A stretch of 64,000 bases of DNA. It comes from Patescibacteria group bacterium. Lineage in GTDB: Bacteria > Patescibacteriota > Patescibacteriia > Magasanikbacterales > GWA2-37-8. Shown in pieces: positions 61,346 to 64,000 of the stretch. The stretch is from contig JBAZUP010000001.1 in NCBI GenBank assembly GCA_041661385.1, forward strand, positions 289,709-353,708, given 5' to 3'. The notes under the pieces are model-generated. The model was not told the DNA's origin, ran no database searches, and saw only the letters and a list, made by a program, of their open reading frames with translations. Position 1 is the first letter of the stretch. The number at the start of each line of letters is the position of its first letter. The position numbers were made by a program, and so were the translations under genes.

Positions 61346-63421
61346 CTATAATTTTGATACTGGCTTACCGCCTAAGAAAAACAACCTAGTGCCGGTCGTA
61401 AATCGACCAAGCACAAAACGCATAATCGTTCGAGTAATGGTAACAGCTGTAAACAAACTCATGATTACGCCCGTACCGAGCACGATCGCAAAGCCTCTCA
61501 CGAAACCGGTTCCACCAAACCACGCGAGCACAAAGGCGCCAATAAGCGTAGTAACGTGACCATCCCGAATAGACGGCCAAGCTCTAATAAATGATTCTTC
61601 CATAGCCGAGCGTAATGGTTTACCAAGTTTTAATTCTTCTTTTAATCTTTCAAACACCAGCACGTTCGCATCTACCGCCATACCAATTGAAAGAATAAAA
61701 CCGGCGATACCAGAAAGAGTAAGAGTAACTCCCATGAGCTTAAAGATAGCGAGGTTCAATACCGCATATAAGAGCAGTGAAAAAACCGACAACAACCCTG
61801 GCAAGCGATAATAAGCAACCATGAAAATCATGACCGCAATGAGGCCCGCAATACCAGCTTTAAAGCTTTTCTGTAGCGAGTCGGCGCCAAGTGTCGCATC
61901 GACTTTTTGCTGACTAAGAAGCTCTACCGGCACTGGCAAAGCGCCAGAATTTAAACGCTGAGCCAATAATTTTGCATCCAAAATTGTAAAGCTACCGGAA
62001 ATGACAGCACTGCCGCCGGTAATCGCTTCATTGACCCGTGGAATACTAATTGGTTCGCCATCAAGAAATATGGCAACTTGTTTGCCGATATTACGACCGG
62101 TAATTTCACCAAATAATTTTGTACCCTCATCATTAAACTGTAAATTTACTTGCACCTGACCGGTCTGAGTATCCTGCGTTACTTCGGCACGCTTTAACTG
62201 TTTTCCGGAAAGTCCAGAAAATTTCCAAGATTCAGCCGGCGGCACGATATCAGATTTTTGTTTCAAGCCAAAATAAATACGAGATACGCTGTATTCTTTT
62301 GGCGCGTCTTCAGATTTTTTATAAATAAGATGATAACCAAACTCCGTTTCAACCGGACCGACAATCGAACCGACCGGCACATTAAATATCGCATCCTCAA
62401 AAGATTTTACCATTTGTCCGCTAGTAAAAGTTCCCAAATCTCCGCCAGTTGTTGCGGCGGCCGGCTCGGTAGAAAATCGTTTCGCATAATCAGTAAAGTT
62501 TTTAGCAGTTACTTCCTTTTTTAATTCTTCTATTCTTGCCTTCGCTTGCTCTTTAGTATAAGTAATAGCAGTATCGCAACTTTCAGCTCCCTTATAACAA
62601 ATCAAGATATGCTGAGCACCAACGCGTTTTGGACCATTTTGTTCAGCAAGTTTTTTTACGATACTATAGCCATCCGCGCTTTTAATTGCTGTTCTGCTTA
62701 CCGAACCAACTGCGGCAGTTTTTGCCCAATCATAAATCTCCGGATAAGCATCCCTTGAGATAAAGCCCATCGCACCGCTTTTTTGAGCAGTACTAGATGA
62801 AGCCTCTGAAAATTGATTGAGCGCTGTTTCGAAAGAAGTTCCATTTACGATTGACCTCAAAACATCCGAAGCTTTCTTTTGTTGAGCTGCATTAAAGAGG
62901 TCCATTGCTTTTTTCTCCGCTGCGGTTAAATCCCGCTCGGGGCTTTTATTTTCTTCTTTAAATTCCAAAATTGGTGTTTCACCGATCATTTTAATCGCCT
63001 GATTCACATCCGTAACACCCGGTAATTCTACTAAAATACGATAATCATTGCCGACTCGTGTCGTTTGCACCAAAGGTTCGCTAACTCCGAGACCACCTCG
63101 AACTCTTCGCTCGATTACATCTCTTACACCTTCTACAGCGCTCGCAACATCTCCGGCCGGAACCTGCTCAGTTTTAGTTTGATAAATTAAATGCGCTCCA
63201 CCCTGCAGATCAAGTCCTAAATTAAAACCTTTTTGAGGTAAGAGCGGCACCCCAAGATTCGCTTTTTTATTTACCCATTTTAAACCCTGGTTCGCGTAAC
63301 CTGGCACTACTACCAAGGTACAAAAGATCCCGAGTAAAACTATTCCTATCAACTTAGATCGAACGCTTCCGCGGGTGACTGCCGCCCCAGAAGTTCTTTG
63401 CTGTCTAGACTTTTGAGCCAT
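61346..63421 (-). CDS. secD: protein translocase subunit SecD with inserted tandem parvulin (PpiC-type PPIase) domains
   Basis: GLDLQGGAHL P1-head motif, 6 C-terminal TM; insertion aa ~165-368 contains GGDLGTFTSGQMVKSFEDAIF...GPVETEFGYHLIYK (canonical parvulin) preceded by a degenerate copy (GAMGFISRDAYPEIYDWA...DGYSIVKK). Confidence 0.85.
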   Translation of the reverse strand: MAQKSRQQRTSGAAVTRGSVRSKLIGIVLLGIFCTLVVVPGYANQGLKWVNKKANLGVPLLPQKGFNLGLDLQGGAHLIYQTKTEQVPAGDVASAVEGVRDVIERRVRGGLGVSEPLVQTTRVGNDYRILVELPGVTDVNQAIKMIGETPILEFKEENKSPERDLTAAEKKAMDLFNAAQQKKASDVLRSIVNGTSFETALNQFSEASSSTAQKSGAMGFISRDAYPEIYDWAKTAAVGSVSRTAIKSADGYSIVKKLAEQNGPKRVGAQHILICYKGAESCDTAITYTKEQAKARIEELKKEVTAKNFTDYAKRFSTEPAAATTGGDLGTFTSGQMVKSFEDAIFNVPVGSIVGPVETEFGYHLIYKKSEDAPKEYSVSRIYFGLKQKSDIVPPAESWKFSGLSGKQLKRAEVTQDTQTGQVQVNLQFNDEGTKLFGEITGRNIGKQVAIFLDGEPISIPRVNEAITGGSAVISGSFTILDAKLLAQRLNSGALPVPVELLSQQKVDATLGADSLQKSFKAGIAGLIAVMIFMVAYYRLPGLLSVFSLLLYAVLNLAIFKLMGVTLTLSGIAGFILSIGMAVDANVLVFERLKEELKLGKPLRSAMEESFIRAWPSIRDGHVTTLIGAFVLAWFGGTGFVRGFAIVLGTGVIMSLFTAVTITRTIMRFVLGRFTTGTRLFFLGGKPVSKL

Positions 63422-63570
63422 AAATTAGATAAAAGAAAATGAGTCAATGTCGCACCATCTTACCTTACCTTAGCCATTTTGGCAAGTGGATAAGGGGCAT
63501 AAAAAAAGACCCAAGTTTGGGTCGTTTTTAACTTATGAAACCTCTTAATTTTACATACAAATAGGAATTT

Positions 63571-63777
63571 TTAGCCAATATATTCAAATCTCGATATTTT
63601 CTTTCCGTCAATTTCCACGTCTTCCTTAAACATCTGAAGCGGCCTCACCCAAAGTTGTTTTTCACCATACAACGCTCGGTACACTACCATTTCTTCAAGA
63701 GTTTCACTGTGCTTTGCAACACTAATAACTTCGTATTCATTTCCTTTATAATGCCGATATTTGCCAAGTTTAATCAT
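63571..63777 (-). CDS. DUF1653 family protein
   Basis: YRHYKGNEYEV...VVYRALYGE...WVRP. Confidence 0.6.
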   Translation of the reverse strand: MIKLGKYRHYKGNEYEVISVAKHSETLEEMVVYRALYGEKQLWVRPLQMFKEDVEIDGKKISRFEYIG

Positions 63778-63780
63778 AAA

Positions 63781-64000
63781 CTATTTACCATGGCACTTCT
63801 TGAATTTTTTTCCACTGCCGCAAGGACATAAATCATTGCGCCCGACTTCTTTGCCGTCCGCATTTTTTGTTTTTTTATGGCTTCGTATTTCGACATTGTC
63901 ACTAGAATCCGCGGTCTTCTTCGCGCCCTGAAAATTCATTTTTCCAGATTCCATAATACTCGGAGCAAGTTCAATTCCGATAGTCATTTTATAAATTGTA
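63781..64000 (-). CDS. secA: probable 3' end (C-terminal Zn-binding tail) of secA, partial, continues beyond window
   Basis: [20 protein letters not shown] = SecA C-terminal SEC-C motif; reading frame stays open to the window edge. Confidence 0.5.
   Translation of the reverse strand, partial: TIYKMTIGIELAPSIMESGKMNFQGAKKTADSSDNVEIRSHKKTKNADGKEVGRNDLCPCGSGKKFKKCHGK

Overview
Most of the window is low-GC (~35-40%) with small, tightly packed genes, standard stop codons, near-consensus sigma70-like promoters and many hairpin terminators. It looks like a reduced-genome bacterium, probably Patescibacteria/CPR-like; that assignment is inference. Housekeeping content includes sufC with Fe-S partners, a P-type ATPase, an LtaS-like sulfatase, hpf and a scattered peptidoglycan cluster (murB, mraY, a MurC/Mpl-type ligase). 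Further along are smpB with an overlapping tmRNA, infC-rpmI-rplT, tRNA-Asp, ppsA, ligA, a type IV pilus locus (pilD, two tandem pilins, a CheY-like regulator, pilM), cysS, a CorA-like gene, dnaX, a tRNA-Gln, folD, a Dus, secD/secF and a secA 3' fragment at the window edge. A minus-strand cell-envelope cluster (14.9-26.1 kb) is interrupted by a ~4.8 kb high-GC (~60-65%) island (about 18.6-23.3 kb). The island encodes two cysteine-rich repeat lipoproteins, a secreted beta-rich protein and a single-pass membrane protein. Other notable items:
- an ATE/Bpt-fold transferase and an odd ATP-grasp inside the peptidoglycan cluster;
- a LysW-like zinc-ribbon ORF missing from the ORF track;
- a GC-rich orphan gene with its own promoter and terminator next to tRNA-Asp;
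- a promoter-to-terminator structured sRNA candidate;
- a GIY-YIG gene flanked by a 12-bp direct repeat of the tRNA-Gln 5' end;
- a tandemly duplicated gene cassette whose non-coding flanks are more conserved than the genes;
- a VirD4/HerA-like membrane ATPase with an ATPase-less paralog;
- a SecD with tandem parvulin domains inserted;
- a PpsA with a C-terminal transmembrane extension.
No CRISPR array or rRNA was seen.
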